64,000 nt of DNA from an uncultured Clostridia bacterium (GCA_937966555.1 CALCLY010000031.1:1869-65868); one strand, 5' to 3'; counted from the stretch's first letter, positions 28,358 through 38,127 are shown. Numbers and translations are program-made. Notes: generated by a model not told the origin, from the sequence alone.

Positions 28358-29176
28358 TTAAAAAATTTTATTTGTTATATTATCAAGCCATTTTCCGTCA
28401 ATTTCATATGCCTTGCCGGCATCACACAATGCGGCTATCTCAGGCTGCATCGGTATTTTTGCAATCAAGTCTATTCCGCAGCGTTTTGCTACTTCTTCAA
28501 CGCGGCTTTCTCCGAATACACGAATTTCTTTTCCGCAATCGGGGCACACAACATAACTCATGTTTTCAACAATACCGAGTATAGGTATATTCATCATATT
28601 TGCCATGTTGACAGCCTTTTCAACAATCATTGAAACAAGCTCCTGAGGAGACGTCACTATTACAATACCGTCCACAGGAACGGACTGAAATACAGTCAGC
28701 GGAACATCACCCGTTCCGGGAGGCATATCTATAAGCATCACATCAACGTCTCCCCACATAACCTCTGTCCAAAATTGTTTTACGGTTCCGGCAATAACAG
28801 GTCCTCTCCATACTACGGGCGAAGTCTCATCAGGCAGAAGCAAATTGAGCGACATAAGCTTTATACCCTCTTCTGTTTCTACGGGATAAATACCTTCATC
28901 ACAGCCTTCCGCTCTTTTATGAACGCCAAACATTTTCGGAATTGAAGGTCCCGTAATATCAGCGTCAAGCACTGCAGTTTTTTTGCCCTGTTTTTTTGCG
29001 GCAGAAGCAAGAAGCGCTGTTACAAGCGATTTTCCGACGCCGCCCTTGCCGCTTACAACTCCTACAACCTTTTTTATATGTGATTTTTCGTGCGGCTGTT
29101 CAATAAAACTTTTAGGATCTCCGGATCCACAGCTTTGCGAGCAGTTGCCGCAATCGTGATTACATGATTCACTCAT
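28358..29176 (-). CDS. apbC: Mrp/NBP35-family Fe-S cluster carrier ATPase
   Basis: Walker A GKGGVGKS; N-terminal Cys-rich segment; 272 aa. Confidence 0.85.
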   Translation of the reverse strand: MSESCNHDCGNCSQSCGSGDPKSFIEQPHEKSHIKKVVGVVSGKGGVGKSLVTALLASAAKKQGKKTAVLDADITGPSIPKMFGVHKRAEGCDEGIYPVETEEGIKLMSLNLLLPDETSPVVWRGPVIAGTVKQFWTEVMWGDVDVMLIDMPPGTGDVPLTVFQSVPVDGIVIVTSPQELVSMIVEKAVNMANMMNIPILGIVENMSYVVCPDCGKEIRVFGESRVEEVAKRCGIDLIAKIPMQPEIAALCDAGKAYEIDGKWLDNITNKIF

Positions 29177-29954
29177 CTTTATTTTCTCCTTTCAAAATCT
29201 TTTTCTGCTTTTGCGGAGGACATCCAGGCTCACCGCTTTCAAGCAGTTTTATATCTTCACGGCTAAGCGTGACCGAATCAAACATATCGGGTCTTTTCTC
29301 TTTAGTGCGCACAAGTGACATATATCTGCGCCACTGACTGATTTTTGCAGCATGCCCCGAAAGCAAAATCGGCGGTACCTCTTTCCCGTGAAACACAGGC
29401 GGTCTCGTATATTGCGGATATTCGAGCAATCCGTCCGTGTGAGATTCCGCCACGGTATTTCCGTTCTGCACTACGCCCGGAACCATTCTTGCAGTGGCAT
29501 CTATCACTGCCATGGCAGGAATTTCACCGCCCGTCAATACATAGTCGCCTATTGAAATTTCCTCATCCACCAGCTCCTCAAGAATTCTTTCGTCTACACC
29601 TTCATAGTGGCCGCATAAAATTACAAGATGCTCTTTTTTTGCAAGTTCACGAGCTTTTTGCTGATTAAAAACCTTTCCCTGCGGTGACATATATATAACA
29701 TGCGGCTTTCCCTCCGCATTTATTACAACGCTTCTGTATGCATCAAAAATCGGCTGTGCCGCCATAACCATGCCTCCGCCGGCACCGTACGGATAATCAT
29801 CAACCTTGCCATGTTTGTTTTCCGTATACTTTCTTATATCGGTAAACGTTAAATCCAGAAGTCCTTTTTCACGTGCACGGCCTATCACGCTGTCTCCTAA
29901 AGTATGTTCAAACATCTCCGGAAATAATGTAAGTACATCAATCCGCATCGTCAA
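29169..29954 (-). CDS. trmD: tRNA (guanine37-N1)-methyltransferase
   Basis: MRIDVLTLFPEMFE...GLLDLTFTDIRKY N-terminus and SPOUT fold. The start may be the 3rd codon (MRIDVL). Confidence 0.9.
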   Translation of the reverse strand: MTMRIDVLTLFPEMFEHTLGDSVIGRAREKGLLDLTFTDIRKYTENKHGKVDDYPYGAGGGMVMAAQPIFDAYRSVVINAEGKPHVIYMSPQGKVFNQQKARELAKKEHLVILCGHYEGVDERILEELVDEEISIGDYVLTGGEIPAMAVIDATARMVPGVVQNGNTVAESHTDGLLEYPQYTRPPVFHGKEVPPILLSGHAAKISQWRRYMSLVRTKEKRPDMFDSVTLSREDIKLLESGEPGCPPQKQKKILKGENKDE

Positions 29955-30438
29955 TCAGCCCTTCTATAGGCGTTATATCTATTCGTCCGCCTTTGATATC
30001 TATATTTTTAACGACTTCATCAATTACGGGAATATAGAAGTGTTTACCGTTTTCGTTTAACACATCATAAACATCGTTACTGCCTGTTGCAAACACATCC
30101 GAAACTTTTCCTAATAAGCTTCCGTTATCAAGGTAAACATAAAGCCCGATAATATCCTTAATATAATACCTTCCCACGGGAAGCGGTGGAGCATCTTCTC
30201 TTTTGATGTATACATCCATATTCTTAAGTTTTTCGGCTTTTTCAATAGAATCTATTCCGTCAGTGCGCAAAATAAGCGCCCCTTTATGAGGTTTAACGCT
30301 TTTAACTTTAAGTTCTTCGCCGTTTTTCAAATAAAGCTTTTTTACATTTGAAAAAAAATCAGGAGAATCGGCATAATAAAGCATTTTAATTTCACCGCCG
30401 ATTCCGTGCGTGTTTACAATTTTTCCGCAATGAAGCAT
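29938..30438 (-). CDS. rimM: 16S rRNA processing protein RimM (ATG 30438 after RBS GGGAGG)
   Basis: LHCGKIVNTHGIGGEIKM N-terminus and PRC barrel C-terminus. Start trimmed from the ORF-track start (30516) to the RBS-supported ATG. Confidence 0.8.
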   Translation of the reverse strand: MLHCGKIVNTHGIGGEIKMLYYADSPDFFSNVKKLYLKNGEELKVKSVKPHKGALILRTDGIDSIEKAEKLKNMDVYIKREDAPPLPVGRYYIKDIIGLYVYLDNGSLLGKVSDVFATGSNDVYDVLNENGKHFYIPVIDEVVKNIDIKGGRIDITPIEGLIDDAD

Positions 30439-30512
30439 CTGTACTCTTCCTCCCTTTTTGAACAAACAGGGACTGTCCTTTTGGTACAGCCCCTTGCTCA
30501 ATTTCTCCGACA

Positions 30513-30740
30513 TCATATAATGTCAACTATAACTTTTGTGTTTCTTTTGCCTGCTGCAGCCTTCATTACAGAGCGGATAGCTTTTGCAATTTTGCCTTGT
30601 TTTCCGATTACCTTACCCATATCATCTTCATGAACATGCAATTCCAAAAGTACGGAATCTTCACGTTCTGTTTCTGTAACTTCAACAGCTTCGGGATGTT
30701 CAACAAGGGATTTTGCAATAAAAATAAGTAATTCCTTCAT
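30513..30740 (-). CDS. KH-domain RNA-binding protein (YlqC/UPF0109 family)
   Basis: GKVIGKQGKIAKAIRSVMKAA KH motif; conserved position between rpsP and rimM. Confidence 0.8.
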   Translation of the reverse strand: MKELLIFIAKSLVEHPEAVEVTETEREDSVLLELHVHEDDMGKVIGKQGKIAKAIRSVMKAAAGKRNTKVIVDII

Positions 30741-30758
30741 TGTTCAGCTTCCTCCAAA

Positions 30759-31004
30759 TTACTCTGTAATACCACTTCTCTTAAGAAGCGATTTTACGCT
30801 GTCTGTAGGCTGTGCACCTGTAGCCATCCACTTTTTAGCTTTCTCGGCGTCGATGCTTATCGAAGCGGGATTTGTCATAGGATTATATGTTCCGATTTCC
30901 TCGATAAATCTGCCGTCACGCGGATAACGCGAATCAGCAACAACTACTCTGTAAAAGGGACTTTTTTTAGCGCCCATTCTTCTGAGTCTGATTTTAACTG
31001 CCAT
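30759..31004 (-). CDS. rpsP: 30S ribosomal protein S16
   Basis: [52 protein letters not shown] before ATG 31004. Confidence 0.9.
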   Translation of the reverse strand: MAVKIRLRRMGAKKSPFYRVVVADSRYPRDGRFIEEIGTYNPMTNPASISIDAEKAKKWMATGAQPTDSVKSLLKRSGITE

Positions 31005-31067
31005 TATTGTCACCTCCAAAAACATAGTCTGTATAATAAATTCAGAAAGAAATTATTACCTTAAATT

Positions 31068-32399
31068 TTATTTCAAGCCAAATCTTGCAAGTTTTTTCTT
31101 TGCACCCTTGCCCGTAAACTGTTTCATCATTTTCTGCATATCTTCAAACTGCCTCAAAAGTCTGTTTACGTCCTGAACCTGCATTCCGCAGCCGGCGGCA
31201 ATTCTTTGTTTTCTGCTTGAATTTATAATTGACGGGTTTTCCCTTTCCCCCGGTGTCATTGACTTTATTATTGCCGCAACCCTGTCCATTTGTTTATCGT
31301 CGATATTTGCATTTGCAAGAGCTTTTTGATTGAGTCCCGGGATCATACCTGCAATTGAACTCAGCGAACCGAGATTTTTCATCTGCTCCATCTGACCCAA
31401 AAAGTCATTTAGGTCAAACCTCTGCTGACGTATCTTCTTTTCAAGCTCAATAGCCTGTTTCTCGTCAAAAGCCTCCTGCGCTTTGTCGATAAGCGTTAAA
31501 ACATCACCCATGCCCAAAATTCTTGAAGCCATTCTGTCAGGATAAAAAGGCTCAATATCCGTAAGTTTTTCTCCTATACAGGAAAACATAATAGGTTTTC
31601 CGCACACAGCCTTGACAGATATTGCGGCGCCGCCGCGCGTGTCGCCGTCAAGCTTACTTAAGATTACGCCGTCAATTCCTACAGCTTCGTTAAAGCCTTT
31701 TGCTATGTTTACCGAATCCTGCCCTGTCATTGCATCCACAACAAGGAGTACGGCATCGGGTGTTGTAACTTCTTTTATATTTGCCAGTTCTTCCATAAGT
31801 TCTTCATCTATCTGAAGTCTGCCGGCAGTATCAATTATAAGCGTGTCGTAAAGTGAAGTATCACAGTCTTCAATACTCTTTTTAGCAATTACAACAGGAT
31901 TTGTCTCTCCGTCAATTTTATATACTGGAACACCTACGCTCTCGCCCACTACCTCCAGCTGTTTAACAGCTGCGGGTCTGTACACATCGCACGCTACAAG
32001 CAGAGGTCTTTTTCCCTGTTTCTTTAAAAGTCCGGCAAGCTTTCCGCTTGTGGTGGTTTTTCCGGCACCGTTTAAACCTGCCATAAGTATAACTGTCGGC
32101 GGTTTCGGAGCCACAGGCAGTTTTGCTTCGCCTCCGCCCATAAGCTCAGTCAGCTCATCTCTCACTATCTTTATGATTTGCTGAGCCGGTGTAAGGCTTT
32201 CAAGTACTTCTGCGCCGAGCGCTTTTTCGGATATTTTGTTTATAAGTTCTTTAGCAACTTTAAAGTTAACATCGGCTTCCAAAAGCGCCATACGCACTTC
32301 GCGCATAGCATCTTTAATATCTTTTTCGGAAACTTTTCCTTTGCCGCGTATCTTCTTAAAAGTTGCCTGCAGCTTTTCGCTTAAACCTTCAAACGCCAT
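31068..32399 (-). CDS. ffh: Signal recognition particle protein Ffh
   Basis: NG domain GLNGAGKTTTSGKLA, DTAGR, and an M-domain Met-rich C-terminus; 443 aa. Confidence 0.95.
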   Translation of the reverse strand: MAFEGLSEKLQATFKKIRGKGKVSEKDIKDAMREVRMALLEADVNFKVAKELINKISEKALGAEVLESLTPAQQIIKIVRDELTELMGGGEAKLPVAPKPPTVILMAGLNGAGKTTTSGKLAGLLKKQGKRPLLVACDVYRPAAVKQLEVVGESVGVPVYKIDGETNPVVIAKKSIEDCDTSLYDTLIIDTAGRLQIDEELMEELANIKEVTTPDAVLLVVDAMTGQDSVNIAKGFNEAVGIDGVILSKLDGDTRGGAAISVKAVCGKPIMFSCIGEKLTDIEPFYPDRMASRILGMGDVLTLIDKAQEAFDEKQAIELEKKIRQQRFDLNDFLGQMEQMKNLGSLSSIAGMIPGLNQKALANANIDDKQMDRVAAIIKSMTPGERENPSIINSSRKQRIAAGCGMQVQDVNRLLRQFEDMQKMMKQFTGKGAKKKLARFGLK

Positions 32400-32401
32400 A
32401 A

Positions 32402-32791
32402 TTAAAACTCCATAATATCATTTATAGCCGTCACGCTTTTTCGGATTATATCCTCTGCCTCGCAAAGTTCTTTTTCGGATTTTCGCGGAAGAAAATCAAC
32501 TGCTGACATAATCTTTTCAGTTTCGGCAATAACCGCTTCGAATTTTCTGCAAAGTCCTGCCTTTCCTTCAAAGGCAATCAAATGCGCTTCTCCTTTTTTT
32601 ATAAAATCGCGGACACATTGACGTGTGACACCGATATTTTCCGCAATTTCAGCCAGAGAAAGATCCATGTTATAATACATTTCCAGTGCGTTTTTTTGCT
32701 TCTCCGTAAGAAGTTCACCATAAAAATCAAGCAGTAAACTTATATTTCCGTCCTGTTTCAAAAAGAGCACCTCACAGCCACTGTAAAACAT
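32402..32791 (-). CDS. ylxM: YlxM/p13-family putative DNA-binding protein (UPF0122)
   Basis: LLLDFYGELLTEKQKNALEMYYNMDLSLAEIAENIGVTRQCVRDFIKKG is the sigma-70 region-4-like YlxM signature, upstream of ffh. The true start may be internal. Confidence 0.75.
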   Translation of the reverse strand: MFYSGCEVLFLKQDGNISLLLDFYGELLTEKQKNALEMYYNMDLSLAEIAENIGVTRQCVRDFIKKGEAHLIAFEGKAGLCRKFEAVIAETEKIMSAVDFLPRKSEKELCEAEDIIRKSVTAINDIMEF

Positions 32792-32811
32792 TTTTGCTTT
32801 ACACCTTGAAT

Positions 32812-32892
32812 ATTATAACCCTTTTTATATTATTTGTCAAGTGTTTTTTTTAATTCAACAAAAAAAGCGGCGCAAATTCATATGCACCGCTT
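32812..32892 (-). promoter_or_regulatory. NhaC terminator hairpin (32859-32892) followed by a sigma-A promoter (TTGACA 32840-32835, TATAAT 32817-32812) for the ylxM-ffh-rpsP-rimM-trmD operon
   Basis: - strand: AAGCGGTGCATATGAATTTGCGCCGCTTTTTTTG, then cacTTGACAaataatataaaagggtTATAAT. Confidence 0.5.
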
Positions 32893-32909
32893 AATTTATT
32901 TGTGTTAAA

Positions 32910-34739
32910 TTATGCTCTTTTTTTGCTTGTTGCAGCTTTTATAACAAAAAGTGTCAAAAGCATTACAACAATACCGATAGGAAGAACAATCAGCCAGTTT
33001 TGTATAAATCCCGCAACAATGTAAATCACAAACGATACCGCAGCAACGGTAAGTGCATATGGCAGCTGCGTCGAAACGTGATTCAAGTGATTGCACTGCG
33101 CACCTGCGGAAGCCATAATTGTTGTGTCCGAAATAGGTGAGCAATGGTCACCGCAGACAGCACCTGCCATGCAGGCAGAAATTGCAATGATGCTGATTTC
33201 TTTATCGATCGAACCGCCGAATACAGCCAAAACAATCGGGATAAGTATTCCGAATGTTCCCCACGATGTTCCGGTTGCAAACGAAAGTCCAACGCCGATA
33301 AGGAATACAATTGCGGGAAGAAGCGGAATAAACGCGCTTGCATCATTTCTTACAAATTCAGCAATAAATATTTTAGCACCGAGACTGTCTGTCATCGTCT
33401 TAAGCGTCCACGCACAAACAAGAATAAGTATTGCCGGAACCATTGCCTTAAAGCCTTCCGGAATCGAATCCATACAGTCCTTAAAATTCATAACACGTCT
33501 TAACATAAAGTAAATTACCGCGAAAATGAGTCCCGCAAACGAACCGATTACAAGTCCTACAGACGCATCGGCGCCGGAAAATGCATTTACAAAGTCATGA
33601 TATGTATCACCTGCTGTAAAGAAACCGCCGGAATACAAAAGACCAAACATGCATGTTATGATGAGTACCGCAACAGGAGCCACCAGATCCCATACGCTTC
33701 CCTTTGTATTTTCGGTGCGTTCCTGAACTTCTTCAACGCGTTTTCTTCCTTCTTCCGAGAAAAGGTCGCCGTCTTTCGCATTGTCTTCATGTTTTTTCAT
33801 CGGACCGTAATCAAACTTCATCAAAGCAATTGCAATCATCATAACAATTGTCAGAAGTGCATAAAAATTATATGGAATTGCTCTTATGAAAAGCTCAAGT
33901 CCGCCTATCTGCTCCTCGGATACAAAACCGGCAACTGCCGCCGCCCATGAAGAAATCGGGGCAATAATACAAACAGGTGCTGCGGTAGCGTCTATAAGAT
34001 AAGAAAGCTTTGAGCGCGAAACGTTAAACTTATCGGTAACGGGACGCATTACAGAGCCTACTGTAAGACAATTGAAGTAATCGTCTACAAATATGAGCAC
34101 ACCGAGAGCTATTGTAGCAAGCTGAGCGCCGACTCTTGATTTAATATGCTCTGAAGCCCATCTTCCGAATGCTGCGGAACCGCCCGATTTATTCATTAAA
34201 GCAACAATGGTGCCGAGAACAACCAGGAAAAACAGAATACCTATATTATATGAATCCGCAACCGATGCAATGAAACCGCCCGAAAAAAGGTGATCAACAG
34301 TGCCCATAAAATTAAAATTGGAATAAAGCAGAGAACCTACTAAAATACCTATAAAAAGCGAGGAATACACTTCTTTTGTAATAAGCGCAAGAGCTATTGC
34401 AATAATCGGAGGCAACAGCGCAAGCCATGTGGCATATGGATGCACTTCATCGCGTTTGGCATCAAGTGCCTTATCTAAATTCTCCGTGAAATTTTCCTCT
34501 TTTACATTTGAGGAATAGTTATCAATAAATGTTGAAGCCGCCGTTTGGTAGTTTTCAATTTCTTCTTCCGACATAGAATCGGGCGTATAAGCCGGGCTGT
34601 CAGCCATAAACTCAACTGCCGCATCATTATCTGTCAAATCAACTTCATCCGCAAATGCCGTAAATGACGTAATCATGCAGATGGTCATCATTGAAATCAG
34701 AATTGCCGCAAGAATTTTTTTCTTCTTTAGTTGATGCAT
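32910..34739 (-). CDS. NhaC-family Na+/H+ antiporter-type transporter with N-terminal signal/extracytoplasmic extension (609 aa); likely a lysine-regulated amino-acid transporter
   Basis: The NhaC core (GSAAFGRWASEHIKSRVGAQLATIALGVLIFVDDYFNCLTVGSVMRPVTD...) spans many TM helices. It is preceded by a lysine riboswitch. Confidence 0.8.
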   Translation of the reverse strand: MHQLKKKKILAAILISMMTICMITSFTAFADEVDLTDNDAAVEFMADSPAYTPDSMSEEEIENYQTAASTFIDNYSSNVKEENFTENLDKALDAKRDEVHPYATWLALLPPIIAIALALITKEVYSSLFIGILVGSLLYSNFNFMGTVDHLFSGGFIASVADSYNIGILFFLVVLGTIVALMNKSGGSAAFGRWASEHIKSRVGAQLATIALGVLIFVDDYFNCLTVGSVMRPVTDKFNVSRSKLSYLIDATAAPVCIIAPISSWAAAVAGFVSEEQIGGLELFIRAIPYNFYALLTIVMMIAIALMKFDYGPMKKHEDNAKDGDLFSEEGRKRVEEVQERTENTKGSVWDLVAPVAVLIITCMFGLLYSGGFFTAGDTYHDFVNAFSGADASVGLVIGSFAGLIFAVIYFMLRRVMNFKDCMDSIPEGFKAMVPAILILVCAWTLKTMTDSLGAKIFIAEFVRNDASAFIPLLPAIVFLIGVGLSFATGTSWGTFGILIPIVLAVFGGSIDKEISIIAISACMAGAVCGDHCSPISDTTIMASAGAQCNHLNHVSTQLPYALTVAAVSFVIYIVAGFIQNWLIVLPIGIVVMLLTLFVIKAATSKKRA

Positions 34740-34799
34740 AAATAGAACTCCTTTTCATTTTTATTTTGCTTGAACAACAAAAAACGATTGAAGCAAGCA

Positions 34800-34998
34800 T
34801 GCCACAACCGTTTTAATGCCACATATATCGGTTATGATAGCGCTCCACTTTTTTGTGACAGTACACGGCATATTCTGCCGTATCCCAACCCGCACGGGAC
34901 GGAAACCCCGCGAAGATTTCGGCGGTCAAGCCTAACGCCGTACAACATTTCCGTGTTATATGTACGGCGGTCTTCTTAAACCGCGCCTCTATCAAACA
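34800..34998 (-). ncRNA. Lysine riboswitch (L-box) in the 5' leader of the NhaC-family transporter gene
   Basis: - strand leader: UGAUAGAGGCGCGG...GUACGGCGUUAGGCUUGACCGCCGAAAUCUUCGCGGGGUUUCC...GGGUUGGGAUACGGCAGAAUAUGCCGUGUACUGUCACAAAAAAGUGGAGCGCUAUCA. It has the L-box hallmarks: AGAGGCGC start, GCCGAA, GGGG, UGUCA, and closing GGAGCGCUAUC pairing back to the 5' end. L-box control of NhaC-type genes is established in Firmicutes. Confidence 0.7.
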
Positions 34999-35003
34999 AA
35001 TAT

Positions 35004-35032
35004 ATTATATTCTATTAGTTTTATCTTGTCAA
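35004..35032 (-). promoter_or_regulatory. sigma-A promoter for the lysine riboswitch transcript (TTGACA 35032-35027, 17-nt spacer, TATAAT 35009-35004)
   Basis: - strand: TTGACAagataaaactaatagaaTATAAT, then ~8 nt to the riboswitch 5' end. Confidence 0.5.
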
Positions 35033-35106
35033 TACTTTTTTGCAAATTTATGTAATTTTTTAAATAAAAATGTCTAAAAATACAAAATCTTGTTTAATTA
35101 ATACTC

Positions 35107-35781
35107 TTACACTATATAAAATAAAATGCAAAACATATGCAATAAGCTGCCCAAAACAACAAATATATGAAATATCGAATGCATAAATCTCTTTTTTTTC
35201 TGCAATATATAAAAAACAGCACCTATACTGTATGCAATTCCTCCCGTTATAAGAAAAATTATTCCTCCATGCGCTATTGATGCGGTTGTTGCGCTCCACG
35301 CAAACACAATGCACCACCCCATTGCCAAATAACATACTACCGAAATTTTTTCAAAAGACTTTAAGTCTATTGAATTAAGTGTAATACCTATTGCGGCAGC
35401 AGCCCAGACAACGCCAAAAACAGTCCAGCCTACAGCCGGAGAATACTCTCTGAGTGCTGCAAGGCAAATCGGCGTATATGTGCCTGCTATAAGCAAAAAT
35501 ATGGAGCAGTGATCTATAACCTGAAAAACTTTTTTGGCTTTCAAGCCCGGTTTCAGACCGTGGTAAATGCTTGACATTGTGTAAAGTACAATCATTGATG
35601 CTCCATATATTGCACTTCCCACAACAGCATATGTATTCTTATGTATTGCCGCAAAAATCACACAAAGACAAAGAGCAACAAGTCCGACACCTCCGCCCAC
35701 AATGTGAGTTGTCATATTAAAAATCTCTTCCCCTTTTGTATAATCAGGCAGCTTTCTTTCAGAAAGTTTTTCTCTTTTCAT
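35107..35781 (-). CDS. Hemolysin-III / PAQR-family membrane protein
   Basis: 7-TM protein with the HxxxH-type motifs of the YqfA/hemolysin III family (TTHIVGGGVGL..., SSIYHGLKP..., IDHCSIFLLIAGTYTP). Confidence 0.85.
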   Translation of the reverse strand: MKREKLSERKLPDYTKGEEIFNMTTHIVGGGVGLVALCLCVIFAAIHKNTYAVVGSAIYGASMIVLYTMSSIYHGLKPGLKAKKVFQVIDHCSIFLLIAGTYTPICLAALREYSPAVGWTVFGVVWAAAAIGITLNSIDLKSFEKISVVCYLAMGWCIVFAWSATTASIAHGGIIFLITGGIAYSIGAVFYILQKKKRFMHSIFHIFVVLGSLLHMFCILFYIV

Positions 35782-35859
35782 ATTAACACTCCATTCAACA
35801 TCTGTTTTTCAATACCATGTTATCACAGTTTGCATACTATGTCAAGTGTTATATAAAAA

Positions 35860-35886
35860 AAGGGCTGTTTAAACAGCCCTCTAAAT
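35860..35886. terminator. Bidirectional terminator hairpin GGGCTGTTTAAACAGCCC flanked by A/T runs (terminates rpsF-ssb-rpsR)
   Basis: Same 18-nt palindrome as at 10128-10145; an A7 run upstream and a T-rich tract downstream. Confidence 0.7.
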
Positions 35887-35892
35887 TTAAAA

Positions 35893-36141
35893 TTATTCAG
35901 CCGAATACGGTAAAAGAGCAATATGACGAGCTCTCTTAATCTCCGTTGTAAGCTGGCGCTGATGTTTAGCACATGTTCCTGTTATACGGCGGGGAAGAAT
36001 CTTAGCTCTTTCCGAAATATAACGGCGGAGATGCGCTACATCTTTATAATCAATATGCTCAACTTTGTCAGCACAGAACTGGCAGACTTTTTTCTTAGCT
36101 TTGCGGCTGCGAAAAGTCTTTTCTGTTCTTTCCTTTTCCAT
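35893..36141 (-). CDS. rpsR: 30S ribosomal protein S18
   Basis: [67 protein letters not shown]. Confidence 0.9.
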   Translation of the reverse strand: MEKERTEKTFRSRKAKKKVCQFCADKVEHIDYKDVAHLRRYISERAKILPRRITGTCAKHQRQLTTEIKRARHIALLPYSAE

Positions 36142-36207
36142 GGATAAAACTCCTTTCAAAAATCATTCTTGCTGCGCACATATACGCAGCGCCCATAGAA
36201 ATCAAAC

Positions 36208-36636
36208 TCAGAAAGGCAAATCGTCGTCAATGGCGTCTGCTCCGAACTCTGTCGGAAGCTCAGGCAAAGTATCAGCCGTTTCTGCATGCTGTTGAGCTGC
36301 TCCGCCTTCCATTTCACGTTTGCTTTCAATAAAGCCTGCGTCATTTGCTATAACTTCCGTTACATAGTGACGTTTTCCTTCGTTATCATCATAAGTACGG
36401 GTCTGTATTGCTCCGTCTATGGAAATCATGTTTCCCTTATGAAAATACTTGGAAATAAAATCTGCCGTATTGCGGAACGCAACACAGTTTATAAAGTCAC
36501 TCTGACGCTCTCCGTTCTGGTCTTTATATTTTCTTGTGACAGCAACGGTGAAATTGAGAACGGAAATACCCGCTGCCGTACTTTTGATTTCAGGGTCCTT
36601 AGTAAGTCTTCCGACCAGGATTACTTTGTTTACCAT
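36208..36636 (-). CDS. ssb: Single-stranded DNA-binding protein
   Basis: MVNKVILVGRLTKDPE OB-fold N-terminus and acidic C-terminal tail DDDLPF. Confidence 0.9.
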   Translation of the reverse strand: MVNKVILVGRLTKDPEIKSTAAGISVLNFTVAVTRKYKDQNGERQSDFINCVAFRNTADFISKYFHKGNMISIDGAIQTRTYDDNEGKRHYVTEVIANDAGFIESKREMEGGAAQQHAETADTLPELPTEFGADAIDDDLPF

Positions 36637-36646
36637 TCTTATCCTC

Positions 36647-36949
36647 CTACTCTTCGTCGCGGCGAACGATAATCGTGCGGAGCACGCCTTCCGTTATGCC
36701 GTAAACACGCTCGAGTTCTTTCGGAAAATCGGGCGAGCTTGTGAAGTTTACAAGAACATAGTATCCTTCTGTCTTGTAATTGATGGGATATGCCAAACGG
36801 CGCTTGCCCCATACGTCAACGCTTTCTACCTCACCGGACTTTGCGATAAGAGCTGTAAACTTGTCCTGTAATGCCGTGGTCTCCTCTTCTGAAAGGGCCG
36901 CGTCAAGAACAAAAATAGTTTCATACTTGTTTACGAGTTCTGTCATCAT
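36647..36949 (-). CDS. rpsF: 30S ribosomal protein S6
   Basis: KYETIFVLDAALSEEETTALQDKFTALI...VWGKRRLAYPI. RBS GGAGG is immediately upstream; start trimmed to ATG 36949. Confidence 0.9.
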   Translation of the reverse strand: MMTELVNKYETIFVLDAALSEEETTALQDKFTALIAKSGEVESVDVWGKRRLAYPINYKTEGYYVLVNFTSSPDFPKELERVYGITEGVLRTIIVRRDEE

Positions 36950-37007
36950 ATACACCTCCTTTTGGACTAATGGCTCTTTTTACCTAAAAGAGCAAGGATA
37001 CTTTGAT

Positions 37008-37088
37008 ATTATATCCGAATTATTACGATTTGTCAAGGACTTTTTCGTAAAAAAGGGCTTGCAGTTTAAATCACTGCAGACCCTTTTT
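37008..37088 (-). promoter_or_regulatory. rplL terminator hairpin (37053-37088, GGGTCTGCAGT...ACTGCAAGCCC + U6) followed by a consensus promoter for rpsF-ssb-rpsR (TTGACA 37036-37031, 17-nt spacer, TATAAT 37013-37008)
   Basis: - strand: AAAAGGGTCTGCAGTGATTTAAACTGCAAGCCCTTTTTTACG, then gtccTTGACAaatcgtaataattcggaTATAAT. Confidence 0.6.
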
Positions 37089-37107
37089 CAATTAGGTTCG
37101 AAAATAA

Positions 37108-37476
37108 TTACTTAAGTTCGATCTTAGCGCCAACTTCTTCGAATTTAGCTTTCATAGCTTCAGCGTCTTCCTTGGATACGCCTTCTTTGATAGCCTTAGG
37201 AGCAGCTTCAACGAGATCTTTAGCTTCTTTAAGTCCGAGACCTGTGATCTCACGAACTACTTTTATAACTTTAATCTTCTCAGCGCCTGCTTCAGCGAGA
37301 ACAACGTCAAACTCTGTCTTCTCTGCTGCAGCAGCACCTGCGTCACCTGCAACTGCAACCGCAACGGGAGCAGCAGCGCTTACGCCAAACTCTTCTTCCA
37401 TCATTTTAACGAGTTCAGCAACTTCCAAAAGCTTTAATTCTTTAATTTCAGCAATAATGCCTTCTAAATTTGCCAT
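37108..37476 (-). CDS. rplL: 50S ribosomal protein L7/L12
   Basis: [32 protein letters not shown]...Ala-rich hinge...[40 protein letters not shown]. Confidence 0.95.
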   Translation of the reverse strand: MANLEGIIAEIKELKLLEVAELVKMMEEEFGVSAAAPVAVAVAGDAGAAAAEKTEFDVVLAEAGAEKIKVIKVVREITGLGLKEAKDLVEAAPKAIKEGVSKEDAEAMKAKFEEVGAKIELK

Positions 37477-37512
37477 TTAAGTTTACCTCCAATAAAATTA
37501 ATTTTATGTTAA

Positions 37513-38103
37513 TTATTCAGCTGCGGGAGCTTCCTCAGCCGATGCCTCTGCCGAAGCTTCCTCTGCGGGAGCTGCGTCAGCTGCTTTTTTTGCCGCGAGT
37601 TCAGCAGGCTCTGTTCCTGTATCTACTATAGCCTGAAGCAAGCGAACAAGATCTGAAGCGGGAGCATTGAGGCTTCCCATAATCTTCGCAATAAGAGTAT
37701 CTCTTGACGGTGTGGAAGCAAGAGTTTTGATTTCATCCATTGAAAGAACCTTGCCATCCATAAAGCCTGCCTTGATTTCAAGCTGCTCATTGTCCTTTGC
37801 AAAGTCTGCAAGAATCTTTGCGGGAGCAACCGGATCTTCAACGCTGACAGCCAATGATGTAGGTCCGTTCAATATGGAATCAAGCTCATTCATGCCCAAC
37901 TCGTCTACAGCGAAACGACAAAGAGTATTCTTTATAACTTTGTACTCAACGTTTGCTTCACGAAGCTTTGCACGAAGCTCTGTATCCTGAGCCACCGTAA
38001 GTCCTCTGTAGTCAACAAAGATACCTGTTGCCGCATTTTTAATTTTTTCCGTAAGTTCTGCGACAATCTGCTGTTTTTCCTTTAATACCGATGCGCTTGG
38101 CAT
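37513..38103 (-). CDS. rplJ: 50S ribosomal protein L10 (with an unusual Ala/Glu-rich C-terminal tail)
   Basis: MPSASVLKEKQQIVAELTEKIKNAATGIFVDYRGLTVAQDTELRAKLREANVEYKVIKNTL; ATG 38103. The C-terminus ends AAKKAADAAPAEEASAEASAEEAPAAE. Confidence 0.9.
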   Translation of the reverse strand: MPSASVLKEKQQIVAELTEKIKNAATGIFVDYRGLTVAQDTELRAKLREANVEYKVIKNTLCRFAVDELGMNELDSILNGPTSLAVSVEDPVAPAKILADFAKDNEQLEIKAGFMDGKVLSMDEIKTLASTPSRDTLIAKIMGSLNAPASDLVRLLQAIVDTGTEPAELAAKKAADAAPAEEASAEASAEEAPAAE

Positions 38104-38127
38104 ATTGTAACACCTCCTCAGTTTCAA

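Noticed and set aside
32905-33144. 79-aa Cys-rich minus-strand ORF and other small ORFs overlapping the NhaC gene in alternate frames
   Set aside because: Nested inside a well-supported 609-aa transporter ORF; frame artefacts.
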